Positions 14,001 through 25,211 of a stretch of DNA of 64,000 nucleotides are shown here, piece by piece. Position 1 is the first letter of the stretch; every line of letters begins with the position of its first letter. Source of the stretch: Mytilus trossulus (lineage: Eukaryota); assembly GCF_036588685.1 (NCBI RefSeq), contig NC_086374.1:30752001-30816000 (forward strand). The letters are read 5' to 3'. Both the position numbers and the translations under genes were made by a program. The notes under the pieces are model-generated. The model made no database searches. It had not been told where the DNA came from and saw only the letters and a list, made by a program, of their open reading frames with translations.

Positions 14001-17000
14001 TTTGTGATGACTGTTATCTTCAATATAAGACAAGTTATTGATTCTCGATAAATTCGTTATTACTCCAAAAAGCATACATTGATTTTTTTTAATTTCCTTG
14101 CTAGATTTGTATTCAAATAAAAAAAAATACATCTTTTATTAAAGTGACACTATAAATTTCGTGCGTCTGGAGCGATTTTCTGGGTTTATCTCGACCAGCA
14201 GGGACGCTCAAACTTTAGAACGCCTGGGAAGTAATTAAACTTAGCCACGGCAAAAACAGACCTAAAATATATAATATATATATATAAAAATAATAATAAT
14301 GGAATATATAATATCGCTTTTACTGTCTCCTATCAAATGTTAAATTGAATCATCATTGCTTTAAAACAATCGGTTTTGCTTCACGTTTATGTTTAAGTCA
14401 GAGTAAGTTGACGGAGAGTAATCCCATTGGCAATCATACCACATGTTATCGCCATATGTTAGTTCACACAACAAAGTAATAAGCAGTATAGAAATATACA
14501 ATCAATTCGCAGTATACATTTTCCAAAACAAATTATGCAGAAAAACTGAAAAAAAATGTTTTAGTATTGCTTCTAACTACGAATAAGCATTTTGATATTT
14601 TCCCAAAAATGTGCATTGATTGGAAAAGAGCATTATAAATAAGAAGCCATATTAAGTGGAATTTCTCAATAAATTTCTATATTTGAAAAGCGGTAATATT
14701 TTAATTCATTCTACTTTATATTTTGAATATTTTCATTTTTGACAGATCAAGGAAATGTTGTACAGTCAGAAGTTTCTTCTGATGAAATGAGAAGCCAGGA
14801 ACTGTTTAAGAATATGTCATTGAAGCCAAAAGGGTTAGAAAATTATGTGCTGTATTTAGATAAAAACTATGATTATGTTTCTATGGATAGCGATACTGAC
14901 GCTTTCTTCAGAAAATTAATGAAATCAAATAAGTTTTGAAATTGAAATCTGAATAAATCTTAAAAAATTATAATAATTCACCTAACATTTCTAAATAAAC
15001 TAAAAACTTCCTTCATAATAGAAATTCATCAGGCCGTTCGTGGACTCTGAAGATAATATCTTATTAAACTATTTTCCCGTCTGTTAAAATAAGACAATGA
15101 ATTACATATTTTTTTAAAGAAAGGCGAAATATACCATTGGGACATTCAAACTCAAAGATCGAAAATAAATTAGCCATGCCATGACAAAAACCATAAAGAC
15201 ACACAACAGTTCATAATACACAACATAGAAAATAAAAAATTGAGTAACACGAACTCCAATATAAAAAGGTGAGCTCAGGTGCTCCGAAAGGATAAACAGA
15301 AACTGATCTACATTTGGAACCCGTGGTGTTGTTGATGAAAACCATATGTTGACATCTGCTGGAATTTTTGTCTAATGTGATTTTGTCTCTCTAGTGTTTT
15401 ACCTAGTAGAATAGTCATTATTGAAAACGGCACTAGCATTATTCTTCCCAGAGGATGCATCTCAACCCGGACGAATTTTCAGTGTCATGACCTTGTTTTG
15501 TCAGTATACTATTATGAATAGATGCACGTGTACCAACACTGGCTATTTGCAAATATTTAACTCGCTATCTTCAATATTGTTGTCTAACATCGATGACGTC
15601 TAGGAGGCCACACTTCTATTGCCCCATACATCCTCGAAGTAATTCCTTGAATAAGTACATGTATTCTTTAAATATGTTTTGCATCGCAATTAAGAGGAAT
15701 GAAAATATAAAAAGATCGCGACATTCAGGCGTACAAGAACATGGTAAATTCATTAATCAAACTTTAAACATTTTTTATATAGAAATTTCACCATGGTTGC
15801 TGCTATTGACTTTGGATCAACATATTCTGGTACTGCATTTTCCTCTAAGTCTGATTTTACTAGAAACCCTCTACATATGTATGTAATGGCAGGGGTTGGA
15901 AAAATCAATAATATGTCAACAAAAATTCCAACTGTTCTGCTTTTGAACCCGGATAAAAAGTTTGAGGCTTTTGGTAATGAAGCCGAAGAAAAGTATGCAA
16001 ATTTGGCGATATATGACCCACAGTATGCAAATCAGTGTTATTACTTTACTCGATTCAAGATGCAAATTTACAATAACAGGGTAAGTTTGTAATATCAATA
16101 ATAACAACTTGAAAACGAATACCTATAGAAATATCTATTTGAATATATATTTTTTTTTATATAAAAAGTATTTTCTTTAGTTTACAAATTATAACTTAAT
16201 CTTATTACACTATCAAAGTGAGAATGAAAATGGAGAAACTGTCAGAGACAACAACCCGACCACAAAACAGATAACAGCCGAAGTCTTCAACGCAGCGAGA
16301 AAAATCCCGCACCCGGAGGTGGTCCTGAGCTGGTTCTTAAATAAAAATGTGTACTTATTCAGTGAAAATGGACGTCATACTAAACTCCAAAACATATAAT
16401 ACTGAACTAAAATTAAAAATCACACAAGACTAACAAAACCCAGATGCTTCTGGCATCCTTGTTTTCATTTTGTTACCACAATACGTTGTATAACTTGCAT
16501 TTAAACGACAATGATAAACATACAGAAATTAAACAGTACAAGACCAATTGCAATTAAAACCCGTTAAACGATACGATCTCAGAATTTACGGAAGGTCTTA
16601 TACCGCACTCACATTGCCAATGTGAAACTGATAACACAAAATAAAAAAAAAAAATTAAAAATTAAAAAAAAAATCAAAAGACAAAATGACAAAGGAGTAG
16701 ATTCAGTAAGACCCCGTTTTGGCCCCAAAATCTGGCAGTTTTACAAAATTATGAAACTGTAATCTTCTAGCTATTTACAGGAAAGTAGAATGCTGCTGCT
16801 ACATAAATATGGGCTGTTATTGGCAATACAATACATAACATATATAAAAGTTGAGGATGAACACGGATGTGGCCACTTGTTTTTGACAAAAACCATCTGA
16901 AAAGTGACGTTTTTTTTGCATATTTAATAGATTGTTAACATTTAAGCTTGAATCGGAGCATTTCTAATGACTAAATCAGTTAATATCTTTCACAAAAACT

Positions 17001-20000
17001 GATTGAATCAATAGAAGCAGACACTTAAGTGTTTAAAAAGTGTCTAAAATCTTTGGTTAGATGAAGCTGAAATTTGAGGCCGAAATCGGCCCTTACTGGA
17101 TCTACTCCTTTACATTGAAAACTAAAGACAAAAAATCGAATGCTCTGAAAGTGTGAGCTGACTGGAATATTGTGTTAACAGTTTTATAAAATATTTACTT
17201 CATATGCAGGCAGTAAAAGAGGAGCGAAAGATACCAGAGGGATAGTCAAACTCATAGATCGAAAATAAACTGAGAACGCCATGAAAAATGAAAAAGAAAT
17301 ACAGACAAATAATAGTACACATGACACAATATACTTGAACATAGTAAAGAGAATAAGCAGAACGAAGTTTAATTCCATGGAAATTGACAGTTCCTTACTG
17401 AAAAGCCGATATCATCTATATTATCGTAAAAAATTGTTCTCAACCGTTTCTTGTTGTCAACTTAAAAGTAAAATCACAAATATACTGAACTCAGAAGAAA
17501 ATCAATTCGGAAAGTTCATAATCACATGCCAAAATCAAATAACAAAACGCATCAAAAACGAATGGACAAGAACTGTCATATTCCTGACTTGGTACAGGCA
17601 TTTTCAAATGTAGAAAAAGGGGGATTAAACCTGGTTCTATAGCGATAGATAACCCTCTCACTTTAATAACAGTCTCATCAAATTCCGTTATATTTACATG
17701 ATGCGTTAAATAAACAGTCACCACAATTAATAAAAGTCAAAATATGGGTATATGTGCATCAGTCATCAACGTATAACAATTTTAAAAGGGACAATTTAAC
17801 AGAACACAAAAACATCTTCTATCTACGAACACATTGATTGATTTGAGTGTCTGACGTCAGATTTTTTTTATGCGTCACATAAATTTGTCGTTCAATGTGC
17901 ATACAAACAGTTTTAAAATTTACATAGGCATTGTAAGCATACAGGGTTAAAACATCAAAAGTATGTAAGAATAAATTACAGAAATAGACCGAGATTCAAA
18001 CTAGTCCAAAAGTTATAGGTAGAATTTATGAGAATCCAAAATTCCACTACGCGGTTGAATGATTTGGACTAAATGAAGGTCAAGAAACTAGAAGATATAA
18101 CAAATTAATTGCAAGCAATAACAACTTATAAAAGCAGATGATAACAGAAGTTGATCAATATTTTAGTACTTTAAAGTACCAATAAAAAAGTGGATATGAA
18201 ATCGACAGTGAATTCTGGTCGGGTTCTCAATTTGAAAAGTGAGAGTCTATCACAAAAACTCATCTTATCCAAATAGTAGGGTAAAGTATGTCGGTAATGC
18301 AATAAAGGATTTATAATGGCTGCAACACATAAAAAAGTGTTATTATCATTTGATATCAAATATAGATACTTAGCTTAATAACATTAATAATTTCAGGATT
18401 TGAAGAAATCGTTGACCATTAAAGATATCAGTGGAAAAAAAGAAATGAAAGCAGTCGATGTGTTTGCTGCTTGCATTGAATACTTGAAAAACGCTACCTT
18501 CACAAGAGCAAAGGAGCAAATTCCAAAACTCGAAGAAGAGGACATTCACTGGGTACTTACGGTACCAGCAATATGGACAGAAGCTGCACGACAGTTTATG
18601 ATAGATGCTGCTGAAAAGGTACATGTGCCTGGTACTAAAAAATAAACTACACACTAAAACCAGAAGGCACTCTTAATAAATTTGAACAAGTGGGTTACTA
18701 CCATAAAAGTCAAGTTGATAGATTTTTTTGTTATTAATGTCATTTGGTTGCTACTATTGTCAGAACTTGTCATAGTACATCAGAACTGTTCGAGAATACT
18801 TATTCCCTATAACTGTTCTAAACACAAATTTAGGGTAAAAATGTCCAAAACTGTTCTATGGTAGAAATTTAAGGATCTGTTCAAGAATAGAATTGTTTAA
18901 AACTGATCTTTGAACTGTCAAAAATAATTGTCTGTCGTGCGTTACGTCTGTTTGCAGACAACTCCTTAGCGCTTAAATTAAAATAAATGGAAGGCGAAAT
19001 CAAATACGAAGGTGAAAAGAAATGAAAACCAAAATCACAGTAAGATTGTGCAAATTTCGACCAAACCTCTCACTAAATAGGAGGAGAAAGCCCTAAGTGT
19101 TGCGAATAGTTAAAAACAATAACAAACAGTAAATTTACAATCAACACAATAGAGCTGACTACTAAACCTAGTGATATCACGTTGTCAAATGTTCATCAAC
19201 AGTGGCATTGATCCATTGGTTTAAAAAAAAACAACCATATACCAAGCATTTTTATTGTTAGATAGAAGAGTTTATGTGTGAAACTTTTAAAAAGTTGCCT
19301 ACTCTAGAAAAGTTTTCTTAACGGGTTCATAACAATATGGTTCAGGTGACCAAAAATTCTGGTTGAAGTTTGCAACGTGGATTGGCCAATATTACAGAGA
19401 TATAAAGGAAGATGCCATATACTTAAGTGTTCTAGATCTTTCAAGTATCATTTCTTTTTTTTTTTTTTTTCATTATGCCCATCAGGTGCTCAAGTATGGG
19501 GCGGTGGAATAATTTGCACTTACATAGCTGTGTATGTTATGTGTTGCTATTTATAGGCACTTAAAAGAGGGACAAAAGATACCTGAGTGGCAGTCAAACT
19601 CATGGATCAAAAATAAACTGAAAAAGACATGGCTAAAAAAAAAGACAAAAAAGAGACAAATAATAGTATACTAGTGCAAAATAATAAAAAAAACCTAAAG
19701 ACTAAGCAACACGAACCCCACCAACATCTGGGGTGATCTCAGGTGCTCGGTAAGGGTAAGCAGATCTTGCTGCACATATGGCACCCGTTATGTTGCTCAT
19801 GTTATTACAAACCAGGTAAATAGTCTGATTCGGTAGGTCACATTTGTGAAAAGGGAAGGGGATTATAAGTACGACACAAGGAACATATGCGATATCATCT
19901 GTGAAACGGTTGATCCATAACGATCAACCAACTCGTGTTTGCGTCCGTAAAATTTACGATGGTATGATTTCAACTCTACCATTTTGAACTCTTAGTTTGA

Positions 20001-23000
20001 AGGTTTTCCTGTGAGCAGTAGCTCTCTATCAAGGAAATACAAGCCCGGGAATATCGTTCCAATTGGGAGATACAGACGCTGCTGGAATTTTGCTGCATAG
20101 AAACGGAAAGTTCTTAATTGGGAATCCTCTCTGTTGTCGTAAAGTTTTGTTTTCAACCGACCCTCATTGTCAATTTTTAGATTTAAGCCAAGAAATGAGG
20201 CATACTCAGCTGTGTCTGTTGCATCTTTTATCTCTAGTTCGACGGGATAGACGTGTTCAACACAATCACCAAATTTTGAATTATTTTGTGAGAGCACATC
20301 ATCTAGCGAAAAGTAAATGTAAAGGATATTGCTAACTTCTTATAAGAAGTTCCTGTATGTAGTCAGCCTCATAATAATACAGGAACAAGTCGGCAAGAAA
20401 AGGGGCACACTTGGTTTCCTTTGGAATTCTGAAAGTCTGCTGAAACTATTACTATAGAAAATCATATATATATATTTTTATCCAAATAGAGTGGAATTTA
20501 CGAAGACAATCTAACACTCGCATTAGAGCCAGAAGCTGCTGCTTTATGCTGTAGAAGCTTGGAGATAGAAAAGAAAGATAAAGGCCAAAGCCCACAACTT
20601 GGTTCTTTTAGTCCTGGGTCACGTTTTCTGGTCGTAGATCTTGGAGGTATATTAATACGTAATCATACATAAGATATAATGTAAAAAGGTGTAATGGTTT
20701 TTGTTAACCTAATATATTTAAGTAGAGCTTTCAAAATCAAAAACATTGCACAATAGGCTATTTGCCAATTCCCGTAATTGACCCTTTAATTAGAGATTCC
20801 TTTTTAGTTGTCTCCCTTATGAGGGACAATAATTTATATTTACAATGGAGAGCTAGCAGTAAGAGCAAATTAACCTGTGCGTAATGCGAGCAATTTTTAA
20901 GGCTCTCAAATCTTTTAATTGCATTAATTTTTATGCCCCACCTACGATAGTAGAGGGGCATTATGTTTTCTGGTATGTGCGTCCGTTCGTCCGTATGTCT
21001 GTTCGTTCGTCCGTCTGTCTGTCTGTCCGTTCGTTCGTCCGTCTGTTCCGCTTCAGGTTAAAGTTTTTGGTCAAGGTAGTTTTTGATGAAGTTGAAGTCC
21101 AATCAACTTGAAACTTAGTACCCATGTTCCTTGTGATATTATCTTTCTAATTTTAATGCCTAATTATATTGTTTATCCAATTTCATGGTCCATTGAACAT
21201 GGAAAATTATAGTGCGAGTGGGGCATTCGTGTACTTTGGACACATTCTTGTTTCTTAATGTAAATACATCACTTTCAATTCATCATGCTTTCATTGGCAA
21301 AGACCAATTTTGTCCGGTATGGAACCATTCTACGATTGACAAAGGGAAGTTATTCGTTAAAAAAGTATGTAATAACAGAATGAAATCGGTCATTGGCAAA
21401 TGGACTATTGAACGTAAACGTTAAGTATAGTGAGAAACAGTAGACAGAAACGTTTGAAAAATCGATTTTATAAGAGATTTTGCGTTGTATTTTAAATCGC
21501 GAAATCGAGATAACAGGTAAGTGGAACGGAAAAAACACAAAAATCGAATTAATTCAACCATTTTGCTTCATTTGTTTTCGCCTTTTCAAGATTTCGTGTT
21601 TGCGTTATTTTCTCTATATATTAACAAACGTATTTTACACAGTAATTAGAAAGTTCCAACAAACATGGACGAATGAAACTTTAACTGATAATTTTAGTCT
21701 TATTCAACTTGATTAAAGTATTTTTGAATTAACACTGTACAGAATCGGGTGTGTCTATTCTGTGTTGGTCTTAGCATTATGTATTCGGGTTTCGTTTTCT
21801 GTAACTAGTTAATACTTCAGTTTCATTATGTATATCTCTTTTATATTCATTTGATAAAATTTACTGTTCGCGATAGCATTAATTGTTCTAAATAATAAGG
21901 ATATTCTCTAATCCCAAGCTTAAAAACATAGCCGTATTTGACACAACCTTTTTCAACTTTTGATCTTCAGTTCTGTACAACTTTTTACTGTTTTAGTCTT
22001 GTGTGGACGAGGCGCGTTTTTGGGGTATTGAATTTTAAACCTGATGCTTTTTGTTATCTATTAATCATGTGTTTCTTTTTCTAACATGTTCTCCTATTTA
22101 TTTGTATTGTAGTCCTGTTGTCATTTCAATGTTATATTTAACATGGCCATTAAGGTGCGAGGTTTGGCTTGCCAAAAAAACAGGTTCAACCCACCATTCT
22201 TTTCCCCCATTTTTTTCCCTTTAAAATGTCCTGTACCAAGTTAGGAAGATGGCCATTGTTATATTATTGTTCGTTTCTGTATGTGTTACATTTTGACGTT
22301 GCGTCGTTTGTTTTCTCTTATTTTTTAGGGTAAATTCACATTGCGATAAGACGTGTCCCGGTACTTGTCTATCCCAAATTCATGTATTTTGTTTTGATGT
22401 TATATTTGTTATTCTCGTGGGATTTTGTCTGATGATTGGTCCGTTTCTGTGTGTGTTATATTTCAGTGTTGTGTCGTTGTTCTCCTCTTATATTTAATGC
22501 GTTTCCCTCGGTTTTAGTTTGTTACCCCGATTTTGTTTTTTTGTCCATTGATTTATGAGTTTTGAATAGCGGTATACTACTGTTGCCTTTTTTTTGCATA
22601 TTATTAGCATCTGTTTTGTTATTCATTATGGTTTGACGAGTATAAGTATTAACGATGTACAAATGTAATAGGATAGTCAAGAATTTAAACCATTCATGGT
22701 CATTATTTTCTCTGCAAAATGTACTGAAGATATACTATATCAAAAGTGAAATTTGATTTAGTAAATCTTAATCGTATAACTCATTTTGTGTTGGAATTGC
22801 TGTAATGAAATAACAATGTTAATTATCAAAACATTTACTAAATTGCATCATTGGTACAACATTCGTAAATAAAGCTCAACATGCAGACTTCTTATACGTT
22901 CAAGTATTTCACAGCCAATTTTTTATGGAAATATTCTTTATAGAGCACAAAAATGTCAGTATTCACATCAGAAGCTAACAAAACCTTAAAATAGACTTAT

Positions 23001-25211
23001 TTAGAAGGGATTTAGTTACGATACTGTTGTCACGTCATTAAAGATAGCATATTTGGGCTTTAATATTGATTCACCTATAGGTTCTTTGCATCGGAACTAA
23101 ACACATTTATTTAAAAACCAGTTATTGGTATGACACGGGTTATGTTCTTCTCATATATGCTATGATGGTATGATACTAAACCCCTAACGGGAGGAAGTAT
23201 GCCTGATATTCTAATAATGAAGACATAATCTTTCAATCAGTTTAATTGAAGTCTGGAACTGGTATGTCAGTGAACTGCTAGTAGTCTGTTGTTATTGATG
23301 AATAATTGTCATTTTGTTTATTTTCTTTTGTTACATCTTCTGACATCAGACTCGGACTTTTCTTGAACTGAATTTTAATGTGTGTATTGTTATGCGTTTA
23401 CTTTTCTACATTGGCTAGAGGTTTAGGGGTGGTTTAGATCTTATTTTATATGTTTAACCCCGCCGCATCTTTGCGCCTGTCCCAAGTCAGGAGCATCCGA
23501 CCTTTGTTAGTCTTGTTGTATTTTTAATTTTAATTTCTTGTGTATAATTTTGAGTTTAGTATGGCGTTAATTATCACAGAACTAGTATATATATTTGTTG
23601 AGGGGCCAGCTGAAAAACGCCACCGTGTGCTGGAATTTCTCGATGCATTGAAGACCTATTGGTTACCTTCTGCTGTTGTCTGTTCTATGGTCGGGTTGTT
23701 GTCTTTTTGACAAATTCCCCATTTCCATTCTCAATTTTATCTATGTCAGTCAATACTCGCAGTCGCAATTGGTCATAGTTTTGAAAATTATATTATCCAG
23801 TGAGGTTTTATGTTAGTTGGTTATCATTATCCAACCTTTTTGACATTTTCAAACGCGGAGAAGCGAAATTGTCTCGGCGGATCGGGATTTTGTCTTTTGA
23901 AAATATAGAGGCTATAACATAAAAACGCAAAAACTTCAGCTTATTTTTACACATTCTTTTGCGGCGAAGAAATGCACACCATAGTTAAGGGTTGAATTGT
24001 TTCAAATATGAACCATAACACGTATTTAACAATTATCTAGATTCTACCAAGCTTCAAAAAATTTCTATATTTATAAAGATATAATAGTTATTACATCTAT
24101 AATTATATCGAATTACTTTATAATATGATGAAGCAATGTACAATGTATCAAAAAGTGTTTCTATATATTTTTCATTTTTTTCACAACAGGTGGCACTGTT
24201 GATATAACAGCAAATGAAGTGATGACAACAGGTCAGATAAAGGAAATACACAGTGCTTCTGGGGGTCCTTGGGGAGGAAATATGATAAATACTAAAATGT
24301 GGAAACTTCTCAGAGAAATTTTTGGCACCAAAGTACTTAGTACCTTTTCTTTAAATAATAGAGAGGATTATCTAGATTTGGTAAGAGATATCGAACGTCA
24401 AAAGAGGTCATTTAATAGCGATCGAAAATGCACGATTGAACTACCAAGCTCACTGATAATTGAAGTTAAAAAGTCAAATCCTGATATGGTTGCAGAGAAA
24501 TATAAAGGCAAAGCCGAAATAAAAAAAAACAAACTTCAGATTATTCCAGAGGTATTAAAATCAATTTTCAAAGAAGGTATCGACAAAATTATTGGCTATG
24601 TACAAAAGTTACTGAATGAACCCGAAACATCCAAAGTGAAGAGCATTCTTTTAGTTGGTGGATATGCATCATGTGACCTTCTCGTGCATGCAATAAAAGA
24701 ACACTTCAACCATTTAGCAGTAATATGTCCATTGCAACCTGATGTTATTGTCTTGAAGGGAGCGGTAATCATGGGTCATATGGAAACTCCTATTGTCGGT
24801 AGAATGGCAAAATATCATTATGGCATAGCACTTACTGGTGAAGAACGGAAGTCGAACTTCGATGGTTCACATACGTCATTTCCGACTTCACCACAAGAAT
24901 TTTATACCATTATTCAAAAAGGCTCCCCAATACAAGTAAATGAGGTTGTAACCGAATATGATTTCCCGATTGATGTTAACCAAGACGAAGCTAACATTCA
25001 AATTTATGCATCAGAAGAAAAACAGGCACCTAAGCTTATCTCAGAAGAATCTTGCAGAAAAATTGGTCATATTCGCATCAAACTTCCTCGATTTCGGCGA
25101 ACTACCAAACTGAGAATAGTAATATCAAATGACGAGACGGAATTCAAAGTAGTAGCTAGAGAAGAACACACCGGAAAGTGTTTTGTAGGAGTATGTAGGT
25201 TTCTTGATTAA
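4969..25211 (+). CDS. HSPA12A: PH-domain / HSPA12 (heat shock 70 kDa protein 12-like) fusion gene, 10 coding exons, 710 aa: join(4969..5064,7009..7059,12386..12464,12726..12793,13948..13999,14746..14833,15783..16080,18397..18618,20490..20646,24190..25211)
   Basis: All introns are GT..AG with matching phases (0,0,1,0,1,2,0,0,1); total 2133 nt = 711 codons. In-frame TGA at 4954 precedes ATG 4969. HSPA12 motifs: VAAIDFGSTYSG, WVLTVPAIW, LALEPEAAA, VVDLGGGTVDIT, ILLVGGY, VLKGAVIMG; no EEVD. The symbol denotes the family (12A vs 12B cannot be resolved). Confidence 0.85.
5725..6012 (+). mobile_element. Retrozyme-like unit, hammerhead core mutated (CTGATAA)
   Basis: cactgataagccttatgtagatgaaacgcgcgtctggcgt within family flanks. 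Confidence 0.7.
7009..7059 (+). CDS. PH-HSPA12 exon 2: RQPTEPNQKPKWTMNII
   Basis: atttcag|...|gtaagt, phase 0/0; matches the PH 'PKGxIxL' beta4 region. Confidence 0.75.
7413..7592. repeat. ~180-bp imperfect palindrome (probable end of a non-autonomous element running to ~8330)
   Basis: AGTATTAATGTATGGACT...GTTGTAATGGC / GCCATTACAAC...AGTCCATATATTGATACT. Confidence 0.8.
8694..9690 (+). repeat. Interspersed repeat family B (copies at 16215-16450, 23060-23740 minus, 42195-42475)
   Basis: ggggaatgtgtcaaagagacaacaaccc..cagctggcccctaaacaaat..actagttcagtgataatg. Confidence 0.8.
9718..9761 (-). ncRNA. Minimal type-I hammerhead ribozyme, intact core
   Basis: GCGTCA-CTGATGA-GTCTT(TTG)AAGAC-GAAA-CGCGCG-TC-TGTCGT; one stem I mismatch. 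Confidence 0.8.
9930..10797. mobile_element. Non-autonomous DNA transposon with 26-bp TIRs and TA(TA) target site, inserted in a retrozyme/PLE unit
   Basis: CTGAACGACTTTATAAACGCAACACT vs reverse complement of the right end CTGAACGACTTTAGAAACGCAACACT (25/26). Confidence 0.82.
10900..11275 (-). mobile_element. Penelope-like retroelement RT remnant (YLDD)
   Basis: Minus strand, with frameshifts, reads FNNTFRYLDDILALNNDDFSMYTKEIY..ELTL..CPLLDLDI..DKRDDF..PIVNY.FLDG. Confidence 0.75.
12386..12464 (+). CDS. PH-HSPA12 exon 3: LADVTTKDDGLRFVVTASNGRTLKLK
   Basis: tttgcag|...G|gtacac; PH beta5-beta7 pattern. Confidence 0.75.
12726..12793 (+). CDS. PH-HSPA12 exon 4: APNKEEREKWTKLFKIINEKHFS (PH C-terminal helix)
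   Basis: ttctttctttttaag|...|gtaagt; the A-x3-EE-x3-W helix carries the near-invariant PH Trp. Confidence 0.8.
13948..13999 (+). CDS. PH-HSPA12 exon 5 (linker): LIYSKNEDKGDFRPTAQ
   Basis: attttag|...G|gtttgt; phase 0 to 1 bridges exons 4 and 6. Confidence 0.6.
14746..14833 (+). CDS. PH-HSPA12 exon 6 (linker): DQGNVVQSEVSSDEMRSQELFKNMSLKPK
   Basis: tttttgacag|...GG|gttaga; phase 1 to 2 matches the exon 7 acceptor; overlaps ORF 14739..14939. Confidence 0.65.
15783..16080 (+). CDS. HSPA12A: HSPA12 exon 7: Hsp70 NBD start (VAAIDFGSTYSG)
   Basis: ORF 15793..; acceptor tatag at 15782, donor gtaagt 16081. Confidence 0.93.
16693..17109. mobile_element. MITE with ~40-bp imperfect TIRs (possibly Kolobok-like)
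   Basis: AGGAGTAGATTCAGTAAG... / ...CTTACTGGATCTACTCCT. Confidence 0.7.
17460..18060 (-). repeat. Interspersed repeat family D (copies at 12540-12680, 28250-28500, 39160-39320, 62720-63620)
   Basis: aaaccaggtt(c/t)aatcc..ttttctacatttgaaaatgcctgtaccaagtcaggaatatgacagtt..tgagttcagtattt. Confidence 0.75.
18397..18618 (+). CDS. HSPA12A: HSPA12 exon 8 (IHWVLTVPAIWTEAARQFMIDAAEK)
   Basis: tttcag|GAT...AAG|gtacat; HSPA12 signature. Confidence 0.93.
19563..20445 (-). mobile_element. Penelope-like retroelement 3' part (RT/thumb remnant plus 3' tail)
   Basis: ORF 19992..20297 VYPVELEIKDATDT..SFLGLNLKIDNEGRLKTKLYD; upstream GIPKETKCAPFLADLFLYYYEADYIQELL; tail shared with 43710-44150. Confidence 0.8.
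20490..20646 (+). CDS. HSPA12A: HSPA12 exon 9 (SGIYEDNLTLALEPEAAALCC...RFLVVDLG)
   Basis: aatag|AGT...G|gtatat; not in the ORF track; conserved EPEAAA and DLG. Confidence 0.92.
20928..21251 (+). mobile_element. HINE/DINE-1-like non-autonomous Helentron element
   Basis: Sub-terminal IR atgcccca/tggggcat, (CCGT/CTGT/TCGT)n microsatellite, 3' hairpin gtgtactttggacac, T-rich flanks. Confidence 0.75.
21730..22592 (+). repeat. Composite repeat: degenerate hammerhead-unit relative followed by a family-D-like tail
   Basis: tagccgtatttgacacaacc..gtcttgtgtggacgaggcgcgtt then caggttcaacccaccatt..cctgtaccaagttagga. Confidence 0.55.
24190..25211 (+). CDS. HSPA12A: HSPA12 terminal exon 10 (GGTVDIT...SGGPWGG...VGGY...VLKGAV...RFLD*)
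   Basis: caacag|GT; 330-aa ORF 24219..25211; AATAAA at 25272. Confidence 0.95.

Noticed and set aside
14155-14215. Second hammerhead family on the minus strand
   Set aside because: Core too degenerate (ctgctggtc) to call
15793-15795. ATG as the start of a stand-alone HSPA12
   Set aside because: A good acceptor 10 nt upstream and six phase-compatible upstream exons favour an internal Met; not excluded as an alternative start
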